Source of the DNA: Anaeromyxobacteraceae bacterium
GTDB taxonomy: Bacteria; Myxococcota; Myxococcia; Myxococcales; Anaeromyxobacteraceae
Assembly: GCA_032654565.1 (NCBI GenBank)
Contig: JAULAX010000009.1
Span: 288,001-352,000, forward strand
Direction: 5' to 3'
DNA length: 64,000 nt
Shown: positions 14,507 to 22,960 of the stretch, piece after piece
Layout of the letters: every line of letters starts with the position of its first letter
Numbering within the stretch: the stretch's first letter is position 1
The notes under the pieces: generated by a model
Seen by the model: the letters and a program-made list of their open reading frames with translations, nothing else
Told to the model about the DNA's origin: nothing
The model's database searches: none
Made by a program: the position numbers and the translations under genes

Positions 14507-15630
14507 CCGTGGGGAACGATAGTGGCAGTCGGCCCGCGTGGCTCTCACCCGGAGCGCGGGCCCCTTTGCGGTACGTCGACGTCGACGATCGGACCACCGC
14601 CGCCGCCGCGCTGGCCCAGGTCCGGGGCGGCGCGGCGCTGATCTATCGTGGGGACTACCGGAATGCCCGGCAATTGCTGGCCGCCATGGGTCGCCGGCTG
14701 GGGGAGCGGAAGGCCACCCCCGGCGGGGCCGGGAGCCTGCGGGACCGGTTCCTGGAGGAGCGCCGCCGCCACCGGCTGGAGCACGAGACCCTCTCCCGGC
14801 TGGCGGTCCCGGTGGAGGCGGGCGATATCGGCCCCCGGGTCCCCTTGAGGAACGCCCCCGACGTCTCGGCCGCCCTCGCCGAGGCGCTGGGGGCCGACCT
14901 CCCCCTGCCCGGCGCCCTGCCGCTGCGCGACCTGCTGGGCATGGTGGGGGCGCACGAGTGGCGCAGCAAGGGGGTGGAGGTGCCGTCGCTCGGCGCCCAC
15001 CTGCGGACCCGCTGGGGGGTCTTCGCGCCGGTGCGGGGCGAGCACGTGGAGCTCACCGCCGAGGCGGTGAAGCGCTGGCCGGTGGCGGGGAAGCGGGCGC
15101 TCGACGTCGGGACCGGGACCGGGGTGCTGGCGCTGGTGCTGGCCAAGGCCGGGGCGACGGTCACCGCCACCGACCTCTCGCCCGCCGCGGTCGACTGTGC
15201 CCGGGAGAACGCCGGGCGGCTCGGCCTGGCGGAGCGGATCGAGGTGGTGGAGGCCGACCTCTTCGGCGAGGGGCGGTACGACGTGGTGGTCTGCAACCCG
15301 CCCTGGCTGCCGCACGAGGCGGTGACGCCGCTCGACCGGGCGGTCTACGACCCGGGCGGCCGCTTCCTGGCCCGGTTCCTCGAGGGGCTGGCGGCCCACC
15401 TGGCGCCGGGCGGCGAAGGGTGGCTCATCCTCTCGGATCTGGCCGAGCGGCTCGGCCTGCGGGCCGAGGGGGAGCTGGAGCGCCAGCTCGAGGCGGCCGG
15501 CCTCACGGTGGCCGGCGGCCTGGAGGCGGCGCCGCGCCACCCGCGCAGCCGCGACGCCTCCGACCCGCTCCACGAGGCCCGGTCGAAGGAGGTGACGGCG
15601 CTGCGCCGGCTGGTGGTGCGGGGGGGGTGA
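14500..15630 (+). CDS. Class I SAM-dependent methyltransferase (HemK/MTS-like, NPPW); start uncertain
   Basis: [12 protein letters not shown]-binding motif and VVCNPPW motif. Confidence 0.85.
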
Positions 15631-15702
15631 AGCTTCACTTTGGGTTGCCGCCGTTGCGCCTGCCCGCCATACCAGCAGGCAGCACTCCCCCCGGAGGCCC
15701 AC

Positions 15703-16269
15703 ATGGCGTTCCTCGCACAGCTCTGGCTGCCCATCGTCGTCTCGGCCGTGCTGGTCTTCGTGCTCTCGGCGGTGACCCACATGATGGTCCCCTTCCGCCA
15801 GACCGAGTGGGGCCAGCTCCCCACCCAGGACGCCATCCAGGCGTCGCTGCGCGGCGCCACCCCGGGCCTCTACGTCTTCCCGACGCCGGCCGACCCGAAG
15901 GAGCGGGGCAAGCCGGAGGCGATGCAGCGGATGGCGGAGGGGCCGTCGGGCTGGCTGACGCTGGTCCATCCGGGCCCGATGAGCTGGGGGCGCAACCTCG
16001 GCCTCTCCCTGGCGATGAACCTCTTCGTCTCCTTCGCGGCCGCCTACGTCGCCACCCTCACCCTCGGCGCCGTCCCCCTGCAGCTCATCCCGCACCAGCG
16101 GGTGGTCTTCCGGGTGATCACCACCATCGGCTTCCTCGCCTACGCGGTCGGGCCGGTCTACGAGGCCGTCTGGTTCTGGAAGCCCTGGCGGTCGCTGGCC
16201 ATGACCGCGGTCGACTCGCTCCTCTACGGGCTGGTGATGGGCGCCACCTTCAGCTGGCTCTGGCCCTGA
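15703..16269 (+). CDS. Hypothetical integral membrane protein (about 4 TM)
   Basis: GGAGG then ATG 15703 (MAFLAQLWLPIVVSAVLVF); hydrophobic segments. Confidence 0.8.
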   Translation: MAFLAQLWLPIVVSAVLVFVLSAVTHMMVPFRQTEWGQLPTQDAIQASLRGATPGLYVFPTPADPKERGKPEAMQRMAEGPSGWLTLVHPGPMSWGRNLGLSLAMNLFVSFAAAYVATLTLGAVPLQLIPHQRVVFRVITTIGFLAYAVGPVYEAVWFWKPWRSLAMTAVDSLLYGLVMGATFSWLWP

Positions 16270-17536
16270 ACCCCGGATAGGCGAAGGCTCCGGCGATGCG
16301 CTGGCAGTCGCCTTCGGTCACGCCGCAGCCACGCGCCACCTCGTACCAGGTCGAGCGAACGCTCGCCTCCATGTCATCGACGATGCGAGCGGCCTCCTCG
16401 GAGGAGAGGAGGAAGCGCGCCGCCTGGGTCAGGAGGTTGCCGGCGTTGGCGAAGCGGCCCAGGTCACCGCAGGCCATGGCGAGGTCGCGGCGCTCCAGGC
16501 CGACAGGAGAGGATGGGGTCAGGTCATAGGCGGGCGACAGGCGCCACTCGCGACCCGGCGCGATCACCGAGTGGTTGCGGGGATGGTCGTCGGTGTTCGA
16601 GATCAGGGCATTGAAGCAGGCCCGTCGGAAGAGCTCGGCGGCGTCGTCCCGCGGATGGGCGCTGATGCGGCGCAGCTCCTCGGCCAGGAGGATGTAGGAC
16701 CAGCGGGCCCTGGAGACCGCGCTCTCGTCGGCGCGCAGCATGGAGAGGGCGCTGATCATCCGGGCCCTGACGTATCCTCCCGGGGCCCGCTCCCGGTCGA
16801 ACCGCTTGACCAGCAGCACCTCGCGATCGCCGACGACGACGACCCGGCTCTCCGCCGTGGTCAGGCCACAGGCCCGACCCAGCGTCAGCATGGCGTGCTC
16901 GACGCGCGCCGAGTTCCAGCGATCGTCGGGCCGGTTGAACTTGGCGAGCCAGAGGCCGTCTTCGTCCTCGATGACGGTCTTGGGGCGTGCCCCGCCCATG
17001 GAGGTGCCGACCAGGAGCAGGTCCTCCACCTGCGCCCGCCGCCCCGCCTCGGTGGCTGGCTGGGGGGGCTGGTCTCCGAGGAGGGCATCGGCGAGCGACT
17101 GGAGCTTCTCCAGGTCGATGGCCTGGTTGAACCGGCGCAGCGGCGCCGGTGGGGCCTGGCCGAGGCCGAACCCCAAGGCGCCGGCGCGGTCGTCGGGCGA
17201 GTGGAGCAGGTAGTCGAGCTCACCGAGCTCGCCGATTCCAGCGTGCTTCTCGATGACCCGACGACCCCACTGGTCGGGACCGGCGTCCCGCAGCGCGCCG
17301 AACATTCCCTTCATCATGACCGTCTCGTAGGGGCGCGAGCCGAGCTTCAGCTCCACCGGGTCCACCTCCACGGCGTTCGGGTTGGCGAGGTAGCTTCGCC
17401 CGTAGACGAACCGTCCGGACACCACGCCTTGCCGGCTGGTGGCGACCTCGAAGCGGCCCGCCGTGACGGCCTGGGTCTCGCCGGGGGGCGTCAGGTAGAC
17501 GTAGCACTCGCTGGCGTGGCGCGGCCTAGAAGTCAT
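16250..17536 (-). CDS. hipA: HipA-family kinase toxin
   Basis: GTSMGGARPK, WLAKF, VKRFDR, NTDDHPRNH, LSPAYDL; ATG 17536 overlaps the upstream HTH gene. Confidence 0.92.
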   Translation of the reverse strand: MTSRPRHASECYVYLTPPGETQAVTAGRFEVATSRQGVVSGRFVYGRSYLANPNAVEVDPVELKLGSRPYETVMMKGMFGALRDAGPDQWGRRVIEKHAGIGELGELDYLLHSPDDRAGALGFGLGQAPPAPLRRFNQAIDLEKLQSLADALLGDQPPQPATEAGRRAQVEDLLLVGTSMGGARPKTVIEDEDGLWLAKFNRPDDRWNSARVEHAMLTLGRACGLTTAESRVVVVGDREVLLVKRFDRERAPGGYVRARMISALSMLRADESAVSRARWSYILLAEELRRISAHPRDDAAELFRRACFNALISNTDDHPRNHSVIAPGREWRLSPAYDLTPSSPVGLERRDLAMACGDLGRFANAGNLLTQAARFLLSSEEAARIVDDMEASVRSTWYEVARGCGVTEGDCQRIAGAFAYPGFRARAS

Positions 17537-17867
17537 TGTCGGAGGCCCTCGGGCTCCGCGCATGGGCTCGCTCGCCGCGCCTGGCGAGCAGGCGGCCTTC
17601 CTCGTCAAGCTCCGGATCGGCGAGGTGCGCCAGCTGCTCGGTGAGACCGAGCGCCCAGAGCAGCCCGGCGTAGATGGCAATGCCGGTCGATGGCTTTCCC
17701 CTCTCGGCGTCTGCCACGACGTGCCGACCCACGCCCAGCTTCGCGGCGAGGGCCTCCATGGGCAGGTTCCGGCGAAGCCGAGCGGTGCGCAGGTTCGCGC
17801 CGAGCGTCCTCAGGGCTTGTTCGACCTGGTACGGGGGTGAAGCGAGAAGGGCATTTTTGGCAGCCAT
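17526..17867 (-). CDS. XRE-family HTH antitoxin (HipB-like)
   Basis: LGANLRTARLRRNLPMEALAAKLGVGRHVVADAERG HTH; immediately upstream of hipA. Confidence 0.85.
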   Translation of the reverse strand: MAAKNALLASPPYQVEQALRTLGANLRTARLRRNLPMEALAAKLGVGRHVVADAERGKPSTGIAIYAGLLWALGLTEQLAHLADPELDEEGRLLARRGERAHARSPRASDNDF

Positions 17868-17871
17868 GGTA

Positions 17872-17932
17872 TCTCAAGGCTACATCATGTCGCTTGATGG
17901 AGTCTTGAGACTACATACCAGCTTCGACATGA
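17872..17932. promoter_or_regulatory. Probable autoregulatory operator region of the TA operon
   Basis: AT-richer stretch with inverted repeats TCTCAAG/CTTGAGA (17872-78/17904-10) and TCATGTCG/CGACATGA (17885-92/17925-32). Confidence 0.5.
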
Positions 17933-17971
17933 CGCCTCAAACGCCGCCATCCGCCTTATACCCGGACGAGG

Positions 17972-18015
17972 TCCCTCTTTCGCGATTCCCGACGTCGGGA
18001 ATCGCCAACGGGGGA
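17972..18015. repeat. REP-like palindromic element, copy 1
   Basis: Perfect 24-bp palindrome GCGATTCCCGACGTCGGGAATCGC (17982-18005) with C-rich left and G-rich right flanks; similar sequence at 44871-44917. Confidence 0.7.
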
Positions 18016-18058
18016 GGCGCTCGCGGGCGAGTCGGCCGCCTCGACTCCGGGCCAGGAG

Positions 18059-21000
18059 CTAGCGCCCCGGCGCCGCCGGGCGGCGCAGGTCCTTGGACGG
18101 GGGCGGCGGCGGGCGGACCGGCTTCTGGGCCGCGATCTGCTTCAGCACCTCGGCCACGCCCCGCTCCAGCTGCGGGTCGCGCCCGGCGGCCAGGTCGGCC
18201 GGCAGGTTGTCGACCTCGATGTCCGGCGCCACGCCCTCGTTCTCCACCACCCAGCGGCCCGAGAGGTCGTAGATGCCGAACTCGGCCACGTTGCTGTAGC
18301 CGCCGTCCACCATGCCGGAGTAGAGGCCGCGGATGCCGACCACCCCGCCCCAGGTGCGCTGGCCGATCACCGGCCCGAGGCCGTAGGCGCGGAAGTAGTG
18401 CGGGAAGATGTCGCCGTCGGAGGCCGAGTACTGGTTGGCCAGCGCCACCATGGGGCCGCTGACCGCCGCCGCCGGGTAGGTGGTGGGGCGCTCCTCCCGC
18501 TGGTTGCTCATGCCCATGAGCCGGCGGCGCAGCCGCTCCAGGATCATCTGCGAGACGAAGCCACCGCCGTTGGAGCGGACGTCGACCACCAGCCCGGCCT
18601 TGGCGGACTGGGCGTAGAACTGCCGGATGAACTCGGTGAGGCCGCGGGCGCCCATGTCGGGGATGTGCAGGTACCCCACCTGGCCGCCGGAGAGCTGCTC
18701 CACCTTGCGGCGGTTGGACTCGACCCAGTCGAAGTAGCGCAGCTCCCACTCGTTGGCCAGGGGCTGCACCTGCACCTCGCGCGCCCCCTCGGCGGTGGGC
18801 CTGGCGTTCACCAGCAGCGTGACGGTCCGGCCGGGGGTCTGCGCCAGCAGCCGCGAGGGCTCGTCGCTCCCCGTCAGGGCCCGCCCGTCGATGGAGAGCA
18901 GGTAGTCGCCCTCGCTCACCTTGACGCCGGGGGCGGAGAGCGGCGTGGCCCGCCCCTCGACCCAGGGCTGGGCCGGGAGGATGCGGGCGATGCGCCAGCG
19001 GCCCGAGGCGGCGTCGAGCCGGAGGTCGGCGCCCAGCGTGCCCACCGGCACCCGCTCCACCTTGGGCAGGTCGCCGCCGCCCACGTAGGTGTGGCCGGTG
19101 CCGAGCTCGCCCACCAGCTCACCGAGCAGGTAGTTGAGGTCGAAGCGGTGGGTCACGTGCGGCAGGAGCGCGGCGTAGCGCGTCCGCATGGCCGGCCAGT
19201 CGACCTGGCCCATGTCCGGAAGGTAGAAGAAGTCGCGGAAGAGCCGCCAGGTCTCGGCGTAGATCTGGGCCCACTCGGCGCGCGGGTCCAGCTCCAGCTT
19301 GAGGCCGTCCAGCTTCAGGGCCCCCTCGCCCGACTTCAGCCCCTCCTTGGGCTCCACCAGCCCCCAGGCCTTGTCGGCCTTGTAGAGGAGCTTGGAGCCG
19401 TCGGCGGCCACCTCGTAGCGCTCCACCGCCGGGAGCAGCTCCAGCTCCTTGCGCTTCTCGAGATCGAAGCTCTTGACCGCCCCCTTCTGCGGCCCGGGCC
19501 CGGCCCCAAGCTCCTGGGTGGGGAGCGAACGCCAGTAGAGCTTCCCCTTGGCCAGCTGCAGCCCGCGGTAGTTGCCCGGCTGGACCGGGAAGGGGACGAT
19601 CCGCTGCTGGATGCCGGCCAGGTCGACGGTGACCGGCTCGGCCGGCTTCTTCCCCTTCTTCTCCTCCTCCTTCTTCTCCCCGTCCTTCTTCTCGTCCTTC
19701 GGCTCCGCGACCTTCACCTCGTCGCTGCGCGGCGCGAACGGCGAGGGGAGGTTGGCCCTCAGCGTGATGGCGTGCGGCCGGGTCATCTTGTTGACCGTGT
19801 AGGAGCGCTCCAGGTGGCCCAGGGTGGGAGCCACGTCACGGTCGGAGAGCAGGTAGAGGGTCTTGCCGTCGGGGTCGAAGATCGGCTCGCCCGAGTCGAA
19901 GCCGTCGGCAGTCACCTGGGTGGAGACCTTCCGATCGAGCGAGTAGAGGAAGACCGCCGAGGTGTCGGCGGCGGTGTCGGTGGCGTAGGCCAGCCAGCGG
20001 CCGTCCGGCGACCAGGCGTACTCGTCGATCTCGCGCTGCGGGGCCTTCACCGCCAGCTGTGGCTTCCGGTCCGCCAGCGAGACCCACCAGAGCCGCAGCC
20101 CGCGGTCGGCCCAGGCCAGCTTGGAGGAGTCGGGGGACCAGGCCGGCGGGAAGTGCCAGGTGGGCGGCCCGCTGGTGAGCTGGATCGGCTTCGACCGGCC
20201 GTCCTGCGCCACCACGTAGAGCTCCTCCTCGCCGGTGGCGTCGGACCAGTAGGCGAGCCAGCGCCCGTCCGGCGACCAGGTGGCGTTGCGCTCGCGCACC
20301 CCGGAGCTCCGGGTCAGGTTGCGCACGTCGCCGTGCTCGGCCGGCACGGTGAAGACCTCGCCCCGGGCCGTGAAGGCCACCCGCTTGCCGTCGGGCGAGA
20401 GCGAGGCGTCGCTGACCTGCTCGGCCACGTTGACCCAGCGCGGGCGGGCGAAGCGGGCGTCGTCGGGGAGCTGCACCACCACCTGCCGCACCTTCCCGTC
20501 CTTCGGATCGAACAGCTGGATGGCGCCGCCGTTCTCGAAGACCAGGCGGTCCTGGCCGGCGTGGGCCCACTTGCAGTCGAACTCCTTGAAGTCGGTGACG
20601 CGGGCGTGGGCCCGGGTGGCCAGGTCGTAGCGCCACAGGTTGACCTTCCAGTCGTCGCGGTCGGAGAGGTAGTAGACCGCCCCGCCGATCCACATGGGCT
20701 GGGTGTCGGTGCCGCGCCAGTCGGTGATCCGCTCCACGCCGTGGGTGGCGAGGTCGTAGAGCCAGACGTCCTGGGCCATGCCGCCCTGGTAGCGCTTCCA
20801 CTGGCGGAAGTCGCGGAAGATGCGGGTGATGGCGGCCCGCTTCCCATCGGGCGAGAAGCCGACGTGGCCCGCCTCGGCGATGGGGTAGCGCTCCACCGGG
20901 CCGCCCTCGGGACGGACCGCCCAGGGCTCGCCGCCGAAGCCGCCGTTCGGACCGCGCTGGCTGCGGAAGAGGATGCGCCCGTCGGGCGTCCAGCCCAGCA

Positions 21001-21418
21001 CCACGTTGTCGAAGCCCATCCGGTCGGAGTTGTCGCGGGAGGGGTACCAGGTGAGCCGGCGCGGCTCGCCGCCGGTGGCCGGGATGACGTAGACGTCGGC
21101 CGCGCCCTCGCCGGTGGCGGTGTAGGCGATCCAGCGGCCGTCGGGCGAGAAGCGGGGGAAGACCTCCACGCCGTCGCCGCTGGTGAGCCGGCGCGCCAGG
21201 CCCCCCGCGGCCGGCACCGTCCAGAGATCGCCGCCGTGCGAGAAGGCGATGGTGTCGCCGTGGATGTCCGGGAAGCGCAGCAGCCGCGCCTCGCCGGCCA
21301 GGGCGGGCCAGGCGGCCTGGAGGGCCAGGGCGAGGGTGGCCAGCGCGAGGCGCCGCGCCCCCCTGGCGGCGAGGGCGGCGAGGCGGCGGCGCGGGGGTGA
21401 GGCGAGACGGTCGGGCAT
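18059..21418 (-). CDS. Tricorn protease homolog (S41 family), exported
   Basis: Signal peptide, LLRFPDIHGD start, PD40-type beta-propeller repeats, PDZ, DVRSNGGG, SASDGDIF, RTWGGVVGI. Confidence 0.95.
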   Translation of the reverse strand: MPDRLASPPRRRLAALAARGARRLALATLALALQAAWPALAGEARLLRFPDIHGDTIAFSHGGDLWTVPAAGGLARRLTSGDGVEVFPRFSPDGRWIAYTATGEGAADVYVIPATGGEPRRLTWYPSRDNSDRMGFDNVVLGWTPDGRILFRSQRGPNGGFGGEPWAVRPEGGPVERYPIAEAGHVGFSPDGKRAAITRIFRDFRQWKRYQGGMAQDVWLYDLATHGVERITDWRGTDTQPMWIGGAVYYLSDRDDWKVNLWRYDLATRAHARVTDFKEFDCKWAHAGQDRLVFENGGAIQLFDPKDGKVRQVVVQLPDDARFARPRWVNVAEQVSDASLSPDGKRVAFTARGEVFTVPAEHGDVRNLTRSSGVRERNATWSPDGRWLAYWSDATGEEELYVVAQDGRSKPIQLTSGPPTWHFPPAWSPDSSKLAWADRGLRLWWVSLADRKPQLAVKAPQREIDEYAWSPDGRWLAYATDTAADTSAVFLYSLDRKVSTQVTADGFDSGEPIFDPDGKTLYLLSDRDVAPTLGHLERSYTVNKMTRPHAITLRANLPSPFAPRSDEVKVAEPKDEKKDGEKKEEEKKGKKPAEPVTVDLAGIQQRIVPFPVQPGNYRGLQLAKGKLYWRSLPTQELGAGPGPQKGAVKSFDLEKRKELELLPAVERYEVAADGSKLLYKADKAWGLVEPKEGLKSGEGALKLDGLKLELDPRAEWAQIYAETWRLFRDFFYLPDMGQVDWPAMRTRYAALLPHVTHRFDLNYLLGELVGELGTGHTYVGGGDLPKVERVPVGTLGADLRLDAASGRWRIARILPAQPWVEGRATPLSAPGVKVSEGDYLLSIDGRALTGSDEPSRLLAQTPGRTVTLLVNARPTAEGAREVQVQPLANEWELRYFDWVESNRRKVEQLSGGQVGYLHIPDMGARGLTEFIRQFYAQSAKAGLVVDVRSNGGGFVSQMILERLRRRLMGMSNQREERPTTYPAAAVSGPMVALANQYSASDGDIFPHYFRAYGLGPVIGQRTWGGVVGIRGLYSGMVDGGYSNVAEFGIYDLSGRWVVENEGVAPDIEVDNLPADLAAGRDPQLERGVAEVLKQIAAQKPVRPPPPPSKDLRRPAAPGR

Positions 21419-21488
21419 GGGGAGCCTCCTGGGGCCGGCAGCCTACCGCACCTCGGTGCGCCGGTCCCGGCTCCTCAACGGGGCGTCG

Positions 21489-22511
21489 CTACGGCCCCTC
21501 CTTCTCCTGCATCTCCATCAGCTCCGGCGTGGTGGCGCGCAGCATCCCCGACTGCACGTACCAGCGCAGGGTGTCGCCCACCGACTCGTCGAAGGGGCGG
21601 ATGGTGTACCCCAGCTCGCGCTGCGCCTTGGCGCTGGTGACGAAGGTGTAGAGCGCGCTGGCCCGCAGCAGGTCGGGGTGGATGGCAGGCACCGGCCCGC
21701 CGACGCCGGCCAGCAGCCCCATGGCGCGGATGGCCAGGGTGGCCAGGGTGTAGGGGACGCGCTGCGGCGACGGCACGCCGGCCATCCGGCAGATCCGCCC
21801 CAGCGCCTCGTCCATGGTCAGGTTGTGGCCGCCGAGGATGTAGGCCTCCCCCACCCGCCCGCGCTCCAGCGCCGCCACGTGGCCGCGGGCCACGTCGCGG
21901 GCGTCGCAGAAGCTGGCGCCGCCCTGCACGTAGACCGGCATCTTCCTCTTGGCCAGCGACATCACCAGCGCCGCCGAGGAGCGGTAGATGTCGCCGGGCC
22001 CGAGCACGAAGGAGGGGCGCACCACCACCAGCGGCAGGCCGCGGGCGGCCAGGTCGAGGGCGGTCTCCTCGCCGCGCTTCTTGGAGACGAAGTAGTGGAG
22101 CCCCAGGGTCTCGGCGCTGGAGGTGGTCTCCTCGTCCATCACCCGCGGCACCCGGGCGCCGCCCAGCACCGCCGTCGACGAGGTGAGCACCGCCCGCTCG
22201 ACGCCGGCCGCCAGCGCCGCCCCCAGCACCACCTCGACCCCCCCGGCGTTGATGGCGAAGAGCTTCTTGCGGTCGCCGGCGATGTCGGCCACCCCGGCGG
22301 CGTGGATCACCGCCTGGCAACCGCGCAGCGCCTCCTCGACGCTGGGCCGGTCGAGCACCTCGCCGAGCGCCAGCTCCACCCGGGTCCGGTCCAGGTTGGA
22401 GAGGTCGGAGCTGGGGCGGACCAGCGCCCGCACCGCGTGGCCGCGGGCCAGCAGCTCGGCGACCACGGCGCCGCCGACCAGCCCGGTGCCGCCGGTGACC
22501 AGGACCTTCAT
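21489..22511 (-). CDS. NAD-dependent epimerase/dehydratase (extended SDR, HpnA-like)
   Basis: VLVTGGTGLVG and catalytic YFVSK. Confidence 0.9.
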   Translation of the reverse strand: MKVLVTGGTGLVGGAVVAELLARGHAVRALVRPSSDLSNLDRTRVELALGEVLDRPSVEEALRGCQAVIHAAGVADIAGDRKKLFAINAGGVEVVLGAALAAGVERAVLTSSTAVLGGARVPRVMDEETTSSAETLGLHYFVSKKRGEETALDLAARGLPLVVVRPSFVLGPGDIYRSSAALVMSLAKRKMPVYVQGGASFCDARDVARGHVAALERGRVGEAYILGGHNLTMDEALGRICRMAGVPSPQRVPYTLATLAIRAMGLLAGVGGPVPAIHPDLLRASALYTFVTSAKAQRELGYTIRPFDESVGDTLRWYVQSGMLRATTPELMEMQEKEGP

Positions 22512-22885
22512 GCCGGGCCGCCTCCCGCCGGGCCGAGGCGCCGGACCAGCGCCAGCAGCTCGTCGAGCTCGAAGGGCTTCTGCAGGACGGCGTCGGCCGC
22601 CCTCCCCGCCTCGCCCACGGCGCGGGTCCCGGTCATCAGCACCGCCGGGATCGAGCCGTGCGTGGCGTCGGCGCGCAGCCAGGCCAGGAACTGGCCGCCG
22701 CCCATCCCCGGCATGATCAGGTCGACCAGGATCAGGTCGGGCCGGCTGGCGGCGATCCGCTCCTGCCCCTCGGCGCCGTCGCGGGCCAGCTCGACGCGGA
22801 ACCCCTCGAACCGGAGGTAGTCGTGCAGCGTCTCACGGATGCCCGCGTCGTCCTCGATGACGAGAATCGCTCCGGCGTCCCCCAC
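22508..22885 (-). CDS. Single-domain response regulator
   Basis: ILVIEDD, DLIMPGMGG, KPF. Confidence 0.9.
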   Translation of the reverse strand: MGDAGAILVIEDDAGIRETLHDYLRFEGFRVELARDGAEGQERIAASRPDLILVDLIMPGMGGGQFLAWLRADATHGSIPAVLMTGTRAVGEAGRAADAVLQKPFELDELLALVRRLGPAGGGPA

Positions 22886-22960
22886 CCCGCGACTCTAGCA
22901 CCAACCGGCCGGACCGCGACCGCGGGCCCCGGACGGCCGCCGGCGCGGGCCCGGCGGTCC

